64,000 nt of DNA from Felis catus (taxonomy: Eukaryota): positions 69,006,001-69,070,000 of the forward strand of contig NC_058384.1 of the NCBI RefSeq assembly GCF_018350175.1, read 5' to 3'. Below, one piece after another: positions 35,508-50,139 of this stretch. Position 1 is the stretch's first letter, and each line of letters starts with the position of its first letter. The notes beneath the pieces are model-generated. The model had not been told where the DNA came from, did not search any database, and worked only from the letters and a program-made list of their open reading frames with translations. The position numbers were made by a program, and so were the translations under genes.

Positions 35508-36825
35508 GGCTGGATTTGGAGTTTGTACCCCCTCACCCAGTCCCTTTGTGACACTCATTGAAACCTTTCCATTCCGTGGAACCTCCTCATTCCTTGGTGG
35601 TCTTTGCCCTGGGACCCTGAGGTAAGGGGGAATCTCACCTCAAGAGACCCCAAGGGCAGAGAGAAAGAAAGAAACCCCAGTGCCTGGATTTCCAACCCCC
35701 CCTTCCCCCCCCCTCCCCCCCCCCCCCCCCCCAAGCCGCAGCCGGCAGCCCTGGGCCAGCAGCAGCCTCCCTCTCCCTCCGTGAGGGGCCAGAGGCCTTG
35801 CGTGCGTCACCATCTCTGGGCCCTCATCCCCATGACCCAGACTCAGACTCCACTTCCAGGTGCACAGTGGGTCCCGTTAGGCCTCTTTGCATTTCCACGA
35901 GAGAGAGGCCGTGAGTCTTCGGCCTGGCGTCGTGAGCAGTGCCGGGGTCCTGAGCCGCCGTCAGCAGCTTACCTAACACCCGGAGAAGTCTGTGGGATGG
36001 GGAAGCAGGTGTGGAGGAAACAGGGCGGGTGAGGCCGGAGCTGGAGGGCGAAGGGAAGTGGCAGCCTGTTGCTGCTGGAGGGGACAGTGCTGGCTTCTCC
36101 CTGTTCTTGCCCTGAGGGAGCCCCTGCTGTGGAGACACAGCACCTGTCCCCTTGGGAAGGCCGGAGGCAAGCAGGAGCCCCGTCTGTGGGCTCGATTCCA
36201 GCCTCGGACGGGGCACTCCACAGTTTCAGATTTGTTTTCAAAAGATGCACCGGCAGTTTCATTGAACTGCATTTATAGATCCTCAGGTTTGTAAGGTAAT
36301 CTGCTTCAGGACAGGCCTGTGGTCAAGGTGGTGAGCAGTCTGTGTCCTCACCTCCCTTCGCAGTGACCCCCCCCCAGTTAAAAGCGGAAGGCGTCCCCTG
36401 TCCTGAGGGTCGCTGTGCCGCCCAGAGTCCCCTCCTGAGGGTCGCTGTGCCGCCCAGACTAAACAGGGGACAACTTGCTCACACTTCTTTGGGGTGCCTT
36501 CTAATATACACTTTATTGTGGTGAAATCACGTGGTATAATTTTACCCTCAACAACCGGGTGTACCTCACGGTGTTGCCACCTGCACGTTGTTGCACAGCG
36601 TGTCTCGAGACCTCGTTCATCTCGCAGGACTGGAACTCGCTAACCCCCAGCAACAAACCCCTCAGCCCCTGGCAACCACCCTTCCGCTTTCTGCTTCTAT
36701 GCGTTTGGGTACTTCAGGTGCCTCAGATACGTGGAATCATGCCATATTTGTCCTTGTATGATCAGCTTGTGTCACTTATTGTAATGTCCTCATGGTTTAT
36801 CTCTGTTGTTGCGCGAGACAGCGTC

Positions 36826-37523
36826 TCCTTTTTTTTTTTTTTTTTTTTCCACGCAGAGCGTGAGTGGGCAAGGGGCAGAATGAGAGGGAGACACAGAATC
36901 GGAAGCGGGTTCCAGGCTCCGAGCTGTCAGCACAGAGCCAGACGCAGGGCTCGAACTCACGAACCGTGAGATCACGACCTGAGCTGAAGTCACATGCTTA
37001 ACTGACTGAGCCACCCAGGCGCCCCCCCCCCACCTCTTTTTTCATGCTAACCACTTTGTAAGTGTTGTCTTATTTAATCCTTAACAACTCTGTGAAGTTT
37101 ATTTTATTTTTTATATTTAAAAATATTTTATTTTATTTTATTTTTTAAAAAATTTTTAAACGTTTATTTATTTTTGAGACAGAGAGAGAGAGACAGAGCA
37201 TGAACGGGGGAGGGGCAGAGAGAGAGGGAGACACAGAATTGGAAGCAGGCTCCAGGCTCTGAGCCATTAGCCCAGAGCCCGATGCGGGGCTCGAACTCAT
37301 GGACCGCGAGATCGTGACCTGAGCTGAAGTCGGACGCTTAACCGACTGAGCCACCCAGGCGCCCCTATGCATTCTTTTTAAAAAAAGATTTTATTTTCTT
37401 ATTTTATTGTCTAAATTAAAAAAAAAAATCAAGTAATTTCTGCATCCAGCGTGGGGCTTGAACTCACAACCCCAAGATCAAGTGTCGTGGCACACTCTAC
37501 CGACTGAGCCAGCCGGGCGCCCC
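36826..37523 (-). mobile_element. Three CanSINEs (36826-37025, 37100-37365, 37385-37523) nested in L1
   Basis: Reverse-strand SINE bodies. Confidence 0.88.
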
Positions 37524-39179
37524 CTTGTGTATTCTTGCTACTAACCCTTGTCCAACGTATGGTTTACAAATATTTCTCACCTCTCGTAGGCTACCTTTTC
37601 ACCCTGTGGTTTCCTCTGCCCTGCAGAAGTTTTAACGTTTGATGTAATCCCATTTGTCTATTTTTGCTTTTATTACCTGCTTTTGGTGTCATATCCAAGA
37701 AGTCATTGCCCCTTACAATATCATGAGAATTTCCCCTTGTGTTCTAGGAGTTTTATGGTTTCAGGTCTTATGTTTAGGTTTTGAATCCATTTTGAATTAA
37801 TTTTTGTGTGTGGTGTGAGGTCTGGGTCCCACTTCATTCTTTTTGTGTGCGGGTGTCCAGTTTTCCCAGCACCGTTTGATAAAGACACTGCCCTTCCCCC
37901 TTGTGTACTCTCGGCGCCCTTGTTGAAAATCATTCAGCCAAATAAGCGAGGCTTTATTTCTGGGCCCTTCATTCTGCTCCATTGGTCTGTATGTCTGTCT
38001 TTATGCCAGTTCCACACTGTTTTGATTACTGTAGCTTTGCAACGTATTTTGAAATCAGGGTGTGTGAGGCCTCCAGCCTTGTTCCTCTTTCTCAAGGTTT
38101 TTTATGCTACCTGGGTCCTTTGAGATTCCATATGAACTTTAGGATAGTTTTTTTCTATTTGTGCAAAAAAACCCACACCTTTAGGATTTTGATAGGGATT
38201 GTATTGAATCTGTAGATCACTTTGGGTGAGGTAGATATTTTAATGATATTAAGTCTTCCAATCCATGAGCACAGGGCTTCTTTTCACTTATTTGTCTCTT
38301 CTGTGTTTCAGTACTGTTTTGTAGTTTTCAGTGTACAAGTCTTTTGCCTGCTTGGTTAATTTCTAAGTTTATTATTCTTTTTGATGATGCTGTAAATGAG
38401 ATTATTTTCTTAATTTCCTTTTCTGGACTTTTCACTGCTGGTGTGTAGAAACGCAACTGATCTTTGAGTGTTGATTCTGTCCCTGCAACTTTGTTGAATG
38501 TGTTAGTTCTAACAGTGTCTCTAGGGTTTTGCACATATAAGATCACGTCTGGAAACAGAGGTGACTCTACTTCTTCCTTTCCCATTTGGATGTCTTTTAT
38601 TTCCTTTCATTGCCTAATTGCTGTAGCCAGGACTTCCAGTGCTTTGTTGAAACAAAGTGGTGAGGGATGTGTCCTTGAACTGTTCCTGAGCTTAGAGGAA
38701 AAGCTCTCAGTTTTTTCACTGTTGAGTGTGATGTTAGCTGTGTTTTCATGTATGGCCCTTACTATGTTGAGGTACGTTCCTTCTTTTTCTCGTTTATTGA
38801 GTATTTATCATGAAAAAGTGTTGAATTTTGTCCAATTTTTTTTCTGTGATTNNNNNNNNNNNNNNNNNNNNNNNNNNNNNNNNNNNNNNNNNNNNNNNNN
38901 NNNNNNNNNNNNNNNNNNNNNNNNNNNNNNNNNNNNNNNNNNNNNNNNNNNNNNNNNNNNNNNNNNNNNNNNNNNNNNNNNNNNNNNNNNNNNNNNNNNN
39001 NNNNNNNNNNNNNNNNNNNNNNNNNNNNNNNNNNNNNNNNNNNNNNNNNNNNNNNNNNNNNNNNNNNNNNNNNNNNNNNNNNNNNNNNNNNNNNNNNNNN
39101 NNNNNNNNNNNNNNNNNNNNNNNNNNNNNNNNNNNNNNNNNNNNNNNNNNNNNNNNNNNNNNNNNNNNNNNNNNTAATT

Positions 39180-40224
39180 TTCTTTATTTTTTTTTTAATG
39201 TTTTATTTATTTTTGAGACAGTGAGAGACAGAGCATGAACAGGGGAGGGTCAGAGAGAGGGAGACACAGAATCTGAAACAAGCTCCAGGCTCTGAGCTGT
39301 CAGCACAGAGCCCGACGCGGGGCTTGAACTCACGGACCGCGAGATCATGACCTGAGCCGAAGTTGGCCGCTTAACCGACTGAGCCACCCAGGCGCCCTGG
39401 CATTAATTTTCTTTAAATGTTTGGTAGAGGGGCACCTGGTTGTCTCAGTCGGTTAAGCGGCCAACTTCGGCTCAGGTCACGATCTCACGGTCCGTGAGTT
39501 CAAGCCCCGCGTCGGGCTCTGTGCTGACAGCTCAGAGCCTGGAGCTTGTTTCGATTCTGTGTCTCCCTCTCTCTGGTCCTTCCATGCTCATGCTCTGTCT
39601 TTCTATGTCTCTCAAAAATGAGTAAACGTTAAAAAATAAATAAAAAAAATAAAAATAAATGTTTGGTAGAATTCTCCAGTGAAGCTATCTGGTCCCGGGT
39701 CTTTCTCTGTTGGGAGGTTTTTGATTACCGATTCCTTACAAGTTATAGGTCTGTTTAGATTTTCTATTTCTTCATGATTCAGTCTTGGTAGGTTTCTAGG
39801 TAGGTGTTTCTAGGAATTTATCCATTTCTTCTGGGTTGTCCAATTCGTTGGTGTGTAACTGTTCATGGTAGTATCTTACGATCCCTTATGTCCTGTTTGG
39901 CATCAGTGGTCATGTCTCCTGTCTCATTTCTGATTTTAGCAATTTGAGCCTTTTTTTTCTCTTAGTTAATATAGATAAGGATTTGCCAATTTTGTCGACC
40001 TTTAAAAAAATTTCTTTTTTTACATTTATTTATTTTTGAGAGACAGAGAGAGACAGAGCGTGAGCGGGGGAGGGGCAGAGAGAGAGGGAGACACAGAATC
40101 GGAAACAGGCTCCAGGCTCTGAGCTGTCAGCACGGAGCCTGACCCGGGGCTTGAACTCACAAACTGTGAGACCATGACCTGAGCCAAAGTTGGACTCTCA
40201 ACTGACTGAGCCACCCAGGCGCCC
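39180..40224. mobile_element. CanSINEs 39180-39397 (-), 39428-39655 (+), 40012-40224 (-) nested in L1
   Basis: SINE bodies with TSDs taattttcttt and aaatgtttggtaga. Confidence 0.88.
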
Positions 40225-41799
40225 CTCTCTGTGTTTTCATTTTTATTCGTCTTGAGGTATTTTCTAAGTCCTTTTGTGATTTCTTCTTTGGATCGTTGGT
40301 CGTTCAATTTCTACACATTTGTGAATTGTTTGGTTTTCCTACTGCTATGGATTTCTCGTTTTACTCCTTTGTCGTTGGAAAAGACATTTGGTATGATTCT
40401 GATCTCCTTAATTGTTTTGTGGCCTGACGTGTGATCTGCCCTGAAGAACGTTCTACGTGTGCTTGAGGACGATGTTTGTCCTGCTGCTGTGTGGGGGGTG
40501 TTCTGTGCAAGTCTGGTGGGCCCAGTGGTAGATGGCGCTGTCCAAGTGTGTGTGTCTCCTTACTGATCTTCTGTCTAGTTCTACTATGTGCGTATAGAGA
40601 GCCAATGGAGGGTATCAAACCAGTATGCTGTTTAGATTTCATTGAACACACATTTAACAGTCTTAGCGGTTTTATTTTAAAATGTCACAACATCTAAAAC
40701 TTTTCAGGAAGTATACCCTCTGTAATGATTGAAACTGATGACAAAACATCTCAGCTGTCCGCTTAAAATACACACAAGACAGCACACAGCTGTTTTCCAA
40801 GTTCCCTCAGGGAGCACAGAAGAGAAGCCTGTGACCACAGACCGCTGCTTCAGGGAGCGGCCACGGCACTTGAGGTCGGGTGTGGGGTGCTCGGGAGGAG
40901 ACCTGAGCGAGCCGGGATGGAGGCAAGAGAGGGGCAGACCCTGTGGGGGGAAAGGGGGCAAAGAGACTCTGGGTAGAGCAGGAATGAGGTTGGTGGAAGT
41001 CCCAGGTGTGGGGTGTCATGAAAATCCCAAGGCAGCTTAGAATACAATGGCCCTTCCTGCCTCGCTTTCTACCTGTGCCCATCCCCTCCCACTACCTGTG
41101 CCCATCCCCTCCCACCCACTCGACATTTCCATCCTTCCTTCCAGAGGGAGGAATGCAAGTGTCACCTCCAGGTCAGACGTCAGAGAGAGCTGGGGGCTGG
41201 GGGCCAATCCCAGCCCTGTTCCTCAGGACCCACTCTCGCTTCTTTGAGAGAAGGGGCTGTGCTCCCTTCACTGCCCCTGACCAGTGTCTGGAAACCACTC
41301 CCTGAGACTTTAGGACACATGAAAACAAGCATCACGTGTGTGACCCCAGGTCTAGGGGTCTGAGCCTGAGTCCTGACTCTGAGGTGGGTGCTGAGGTTCG
41401 GTGGGGGCCAGAGAGGCCCCAGAGGGCAGGAGCAGCCTCTGCAGGACCAGACAGCCCAGCTGGAGGCCCCCTCAGCCCCAGGGAGTGTGGGGACAGAAGC
41501 AGGTTTCTTTGGGAGTCCCAGAGTTGGGCTGAGATGGGTCCCTCTGTCTGGGGTCTCACAGTGGCCGGGTCTTGCGTCTAAACCACTTGACACTGAGGTG
41601 GTGGGTGCCCAATAAATTGTGCCCCTCAAATCCACCTGTAGGTGAGATCCTGGATTATCTTGTCACATTAGGGCAAGGAGCTGACCGATGTCAACTTTTG
41701 TACCTCCTTGTGCATTTGGTTTTTCTTTTCATTCATATTCCTGGTAAAGTTCCTTTGAAAAATGAAACAATTTTTCACCTTGTTTAATGTTAAAAGTTT

Positions 41800-41947
41800 T
41801 ATTTTATTTTTTAAGTTTACTTGTTTTGAGAGTTGAGGGGGCAGAGAGACAGGAAGAATCAGGGCTCAATCCCACAAACCATGAGATCGCGACCTGAGCT
41901 GAAATCAAGAGTCAGATGTTTAACCGGCTGAGGCACCCAGGCGCCCC
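41800..41947 (-). mobile_element. CanSINE
   Basis: Ends ...ggcacccaggcgcccc. Confidence 0.8.
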
Positions 41948-41969
41948 AATGTTAAGAGTTTTAAAAAAC

Positions 41970-44900
41970 ACTTTCTTATCTGAGGCTCATTGGGTCCTCC
42001 TGACAACCCTGTGATATGGGAATCTGGATCCACGTTTTACAGGTGAAGACATGAAGGCTCAACTAAGGAACACGACTTAGGCAGGACACGCTTCTGGTTA
42101 CTGGCAGACTTGTGACTGCATCCACCCTGCCCTTCTCTCTTAACCTCTTCCATACTGCAGACTGAGATCGTCCAAAATGCAACTCTGATCACGTGCACAG
42201 GTGCACACACACGCATACTCACACTGCTGGTCACCAGAGACCCCATCTTTTACTAACTTCTGTGGGGACCACCCAAAGGGCAGACACTCTTGTCAGCGTC
42301 TTGGCCCCAGTAATTATGAAGGGCCAAGAGTGCCCCTGTATGTTGGCTGTGGTCGCTTCTGCTGCAGACCCATTCATTCATTCATTCATTCATTCGGAAT
42401 ACAGTATCTTGTATGCGGCGGACATTGTAGACATGCAACAGAGACAGTAGGAACAGAGGTGTTTCCTGGTTTTACAGGCTTTCAGTTTAGAGGGGAGGAC
42501 AGCAAGTAACCACATGATCACACAAACAAATGGATAATTACAAGTGTGGGTAACTTCGGGAGGATCACACTTGTGGTAATTTTTAGCAAAGAAACATGAC
42601 AGCCTGGGAGTGGGGAGCACCCTGTGGAAGCCATGCTTGAGCTGAGATGTGCAAGATGAGCAGGACAGACAAAGGGCAGAACTGAGGGGAGACGGGCTTC
42701 CCAGAGGGATTGTCACATGCAAAGGCCCTGTGGCAGGAAGGAGCGTGATGAGCCTGAGTTTCTGAGGGAAAGTGTGCAAAATGGACAGAGATGCAAGGCA
42801 AGGCTGGAGATGTGCACAGGACTTAGGGAGCATGTTAACGATCGGCAGCCACTGAATGGTTTTTTCAGTGATGTGAGTATGCGTGTCTGTGCGCTTGAGC
42901 ATGTGATGTGATCAGAGCTGCATTTTGAATAATCTCAGTCTGCAATATGGAAGAGATTAAGAGAGAAGGGCAGGGTGGATGCAGGGACACCAGTGAGGCG
43001 GTAATTTTTGAGAAATAATAGCTAATTTTTACCAACTACTTATTCTATACCAGGTGCTGTTCCGAGTATTTTGCATGTATTAACTCCCTAATCCCCACAG
43101 CCCAACGCAGCGAGTGCTTCTGCTTTCTCTATTTTGTAGATGAGGAAACCAAGGCTCAGAGGAACTGCACGGCTTGCCAGAGACCCTAGAGCAGTAAGTG
43201 GTGGCACCCAGGCATTCTGATTCCACGCTGTTGCTCTCAACTACACTCGTCCCCGGGACGAGGGTGGTGACAGTGGAGACTCATTCGTGAGGTCAACGCG
43301 GGCTTACTGGGTGCTCCCTGCACGCCAGGCACTCCTCTGTCTCTGCCCATGCGGAGCCTGTAGTCTCCCTGGAGAGACAGCATCAGCAAGCAAGCAGGAA
43401 ACCCTCCGGTGTGTAAAGAAGCCTAAACACAGAGGGCTAGTGAGTCCTGTAAGGTGCTGGGTGCCCATGAGCTTGTCAAGGGTCAGAGCCGGAGCGAGAA
43501 GAGAACAGGTCCTGTCTGAAGGGCGGCTCGAGCTTCAGATGTCCGAGCGCGCACTCCTGCGGGCCTCCCTGTGCCCTGCCCTGCCCCTCCCACTTCTCGG
43601 GACAGAAGTGCGGAGTGTCCTGGGTTCCCTTCTACACGTCACATCCCGCATCTAGTCTGTCTTGGTGTCCTGCTAGTTCTACCTTCAAAATGCATCCGGC
43701 ACCATTCACGTCTCTCCCCCTCCACTGCAGCCACATCCATTGTAGATCCTCCGTCCCTCACTCGGATTTCTGAAATAGTTTTCTAATTATTTCCCAGCCT
43801 CTCCCCTGCCCCTTTATTTCATTTTTCAAAAAAGTATTTATTTATTTTTCAGAGAGAGAGAAAGACAGAGAGAGAGAGAACGAGCGCGCACGAGCGGGGG
43901 AGGTGCAGAGAGAGAGGCAGAGGATCTGAAGCAGCGAGCCCCACGCGGGGCTGGAGCCCGCGACCTGTGAGGTCTTGACTTGAGCCAAAGTTGGACACTT
44001 AACCTACTGAGCCCCCAGGGTCCCCACCGCCTGCGCCTGTAGAGGGACGTATACAGCAGTTCTTATCTGTGGCTTTGCTCTCCCCGCTGTCAGTTACCTG
44101 CCAGCAACCAGTGCTCAGAAGGTGTGAGGTCAGAGGTCAGGGCAGCCTCACGGCGGGTCCCGAGTCCACACGCCATCCACCTCCTCAGCTCACCCCGTTC
44201 ATCTCTCACGAACCTGATGTGCGACCTAGACTTTATCATGGGTTATGCACATATACGAACACACAGCGTGTAGTGTTGGGTGCTACCAGCAGTTTCGGGT
44301 TCCGGCCTTGCCACGGGCATCTTGAAACACTCCCCACAGACGGGGGTGACGCCTGTGCTACATACTCATACTCATACAGCAGCCAGAATGATGCTTTCCT
44401 CTTTTTTTTTTTATGCTTATTTTTGAGAGAGAGAGAGAGAGAGACAGAATGCGAACAGGCTCCAGGCTCTGAGCTGTCAGCACAGAGCCCCATGCGGGGC
44501 TCGAGCCTATGCGAGATCCTGACCTGAGCTGAAGTCTGAGCCACCCAGGTGTCCAGCGCGATTCTTTCCAAACGTAAATCAGATCGCGTCCTTCCTCTGC
44601 CGGTGGCTCCCCGTTCCCCTCACTCTTCCCCCCATTCTCCCCTGGGACCCGTCTCTTCTACTTGAGGCCTTTGCTTAATGTGGCTGTTCCCGTGGAGCCT
44701 TCCGTGGCCACTGTCCTTAAAACCGAACCTCTGTGCAGGCGCTTCCTCCTTCCGGCTTTATTTGTCCACATTGCACTTTCACTTCTGGAGTACTGTGCGC
44801 TTCACTCATTGTTCGTGGCTTCTCACCCCCACAAGGTGAGCTCCAGGAGGGAGGGCACCTTGCCGGTCACGTCTCCTGGGGTGTCCTCCGTGCCTCGCAC

Positions 44901-45220
44901 GGAAAGGGTGCAGTCCCTGCTGAGGCGCTGAGTGTCCACACGGATGTCCACACGCCAGTCCCAAACCAGCCTCCTGGTTTTCCCTCCAACTCCTCCCCCC
45001 ACCAGCCACTCGGTCTCAGAGTCCAGTCCATGTCTTCCCGCGCTCCTCCTTCCCCTCCCTCCCCACATCCAATTCATCCGTGAGTTCTAGTGTTCTGCCT
45101 CAAAACTCAGTCTCATATGTCCCACTTCTTTCCCTCTCTAATGCTCTTCCCATCATTTGAGGCCCTGTGTCCCCCACCCTGCATGGGCAGTCTCCTTCCT
45201 GCTTGTCCTGCTTCCACTTC
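41970..45220. mobile_element. Mosaic of L2 and MIR relics with CanSINEs at 43828-44024 and 44400-44555
   Basis: (CATT)n L2 tail at 42371-42393; MIR core tagatgaggaaaccaaggctcagag at ~43138. Confidence 0.65.
44052..44365. mobile_element. MER44/Tigger-like DNA transposon relic
   Basis: Termini cagcagttcttatctgtggctttgc... and ...ccccacagacgggggtgacgcctg resemble the MER44 inverted ends as recalled. Confidence 0.55.
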
Positions 45221-45224
45221 TTCT

Positions 45225-47605
45225 TTTTTTTAATTAAAAAAATTTTTAAATGTTGATTTATTTTTGAGAGACAGAGACAGAGACAGAGCGTGAGCAGGGG
45301 AGGGGCAGAGGGAGAGGGAGACACAGAATCCGAAGCAGGTGCCGGGCTCCCAGCTGCCAGCACAGAACCCTCGACCTCTCCTTAGAAACAACTGCTCAGC
45401 TCATCTTTTCTGCTTCTTTTTTTTAAGTTTATGCATTTATTTTGAGGGAGGGAGGGAGGGAGGGAGACAGAGAGAGAGGAAGGATCCCAAGCAGGCCTCA
45501 CTTCGGGCTCCATCTCCGGGTGGTGAGATCGTGACCTGAGCCGAAATCGGAGTCAGATGCTTGGCTGCACCCCCCCGGGTGCCCCTCTGCTTCTTTTTTA
45601 GAATGTCCCCGACCCACTTCCCTTGCAGGAGGTGGGAGAGACGCTGGTCCTTGTTTCCCGGAGTTGAAGAACAGATCTCCCCGACAGCAGAGAGTGAGCA
45701 AAATGAGTTTATTGAGGGAAAGTATGAAGCTCTCAAGAGTGACAGGGGCCCCGACTGGGGAGCCGCTGAGGATTTCTGTCCCTAACTTTCTATTGGGACC
45801 TTATCGGAAAGTTTGTGAGACTCGAGGCACGCACCTGGCTCAGGCGGGTCTGGAATAACGTTTATCCTTTTTTTCCCCAACCCCCACCACTTCTTCAGCT
45901 TCCCTCTTGCCCCTGCAGCCTGCCGCACCCCCCCCCCCCTTTCTGCCGGCCTAGCCTTAACCCTTTCGCCACTCAGCAGTAGCAGCAATAACACAAAATT
46001 AAGCAAAGTGTTGAAATACTTGATGCAAGAAAGTAATCGCTATCCCAACCACCCAGAAATAAGCACTAACGTTGGATGAACACCACGTGTATCTCTTGCA
46101 GTATAGACAGCTAGAAAGACTGAGAGATAGACTGCAAGAAAAAGTCACAAAAATGGACCATAATACATGTTATTTATAATAAAAAGTATAATTTAAGTTT
46201 TACTTGCAGATAACAAAAGAGGAAAATGTCAGACCGAGAAGGAACAAAATACTGAACTTCAGGTAAATGTTTTTCATCACGAGAAACATTAATTTGTAAA
46301 AGATTCTAGAGATTACAACACAACTCCTGGGGCGCCTGGGTGGCTCAGTCGTCTAAGCATCTGACTTTGGCTCAGGTCATGATCTTGCGGTTTGTGGGTT
46401 CAAGCCCCATGTTGGGCTCTGTGCTGAGAGCTCAGAGCCTGGAGCCTCTTTCGGATTCTGTGTCTCCCTCTCTCTCTCTGCCCCTCCCCTGCTCACGCTC
46501 TGTCTGTCTCTCTCTCTCTCTCAAAAATAAACATTAAAAATTTTTTTTAAATTAAAAACATAACAACTCCTAATCACATTTTCATTTTAGACGACATCTT
46601 TGGACTCTGCTGCAAAGATGAGGAAAATAGTACATTTACGCTTCCCTTCTCCCTGCCCCAATCTACCAATTTCTGATAGTTCTATCAGTTAATTTTCAAA
46701 TGTCGACGTTTCTGGTATTTATATTCTGTTTTGTAACCATGATCTCCAAGGCAACGTTAGTCTTGGTTCTAAGAATCCAGTGCTCACAGACGGATCTTTC
46801 AGCCCGGCTTATTCATTCCTGCGGCCTTTATCTGATTCATTCGTTTGTGGGATTTCAAAGGGCTCTTGGCTTCTGGATTCCCTGAGTCCTTTCAGCCTTC
46901 AAGGACGCCTGGGGCCACACATTCTCTCTGAGCCCCACCTTCTGCTGCCCTTAGGGTGGTCTAACACGGTTTTCATACCTTATCTGCAGCTTGCTTTTTC
47001 TTAACGGATGCTCTCTCTTCTTTTCTTTTCTTTTCCTTTTCCTACTATTTTAATGATGAAATATTTCAAGTGTATGGAAAAGTAGAAAATAGCACAATAT
47101 CTAACTATAAGCTTTACTGAATTTGACCATTTAAAAAATATTTGCTTTACTGCTTTGGATTCCGTGTCTCCCTCTCTCTGTCCCTCCCCTGCTCACTCTC
47201 TCTCTCAAAAATAAATAAACATTAAAAAAATTAAAAATATTTGCTTTAGATCACTTAAAATAAAACAAAACTTACAGATCTAATTAAAGCTTCCATGTGA
47301 GGCCTTATATTGCCTGGCCCCTCGATGGCCATAGCCACCATCTTGAATTGTGGGTTTATGATTCCCTCAATTTGCAAAAAAATAATTTTGATCATATAAC
47401 GTACATATTTCTAAGCAATATATTATTTAGTATTGTATGTTTTTGCACTTTACATGATATTATAATGTACAACTTCTGTAAATTCTTTTTTCTTTTCTTT
47501 TTTGTTTTTTCTTATGTAGGCTCCACACCCAATGAGGGGTTCAAACTGACAACCCCAAGCTCAAGAGTTGCATGCTCTGCTGACTGAGCCAGCCAGACGC
47601 CCCTG
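45225..47605. mobile_element. CanSINEs 45225-45370 (-), 45415-45586 (-), 46328-46560 (+), 47150-47240 (+), 47495-47605 (-); possible LTR relic 45596-45990
   Basis: SINE bodies are clear; the LTR call is tentative. Confidence 0.7.
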
Positions 47606-48209
47606 AAAATTATTTTTTGCTGAAATTAAGAGATTTATCCATATTGATGGAATTCACTCATTTTCACTATCGCATTATATTTCAATGTTTGAATGTGCTG
47701 TAATTTATTTATATATACACCTGTTGATAGACATTAGGACTGTTTCAGTTTTTTCCCTTTCTTTTAAAATTATTTATTACCTATTGATTAGAAATTTTTA
47801 TAAGAGCAAGAAAGCATAATTATAATTATAATCCATATAATAACGATTCTTTGGAATTTATTGAGGTTTCTTTTGTGTTCTAGAACATATTCAATATTAC
47901 ATGAGCTACATGTGTCAGAAAAGAATGTGTATTTTCTCTTTGTCAGGTGAAGAAGTCTATATTTTCCAATAACTTGAATTTATCAATAAGATTATTCAGC
48001 TATTTTATATCGCTGTTTATTTTTATCTCCTTGATCAGTTTCTGAGAAGAGTAAGTTAAAATCTCTAACCATAATTTATCTATTTATTTCTTCCAAAAGG
48101 TTTGTTCATTGTTGCTTTTTATTTTTTGAGGCTATATTATTGGTGCTTTTATATTTATGACATTTGTATTTTACTATATTATGTTTCTCTTTGTCTCATT
48201 TTTTTCAAC

Positions 48210-50011
<1,802 letters not shown>

Positions 50012-50139
50012 TCATTTTTTCCATCTTGGAACCCCCACTGTCAAATATCAAGGTGGCTTCCTGGTATTTCTTATGCTTCATATTTGCCTGGTATATTTTC
50101 TCCTATTCTTTTATTTTAAATATTTTGTAAGTTTTAGTT

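Larger units (their letters stand above)
36490..40690 (-). mobile_element. Old L1 (L1M-type) 3' UTR and ORF2 remnant, interrupted by SINEs and a gap
   Basis: Minus-strand translation ...[34 protein letters not shown] matches L1 ORF2; L1M 3' end at 36490-36800. Confidence 0.88.
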
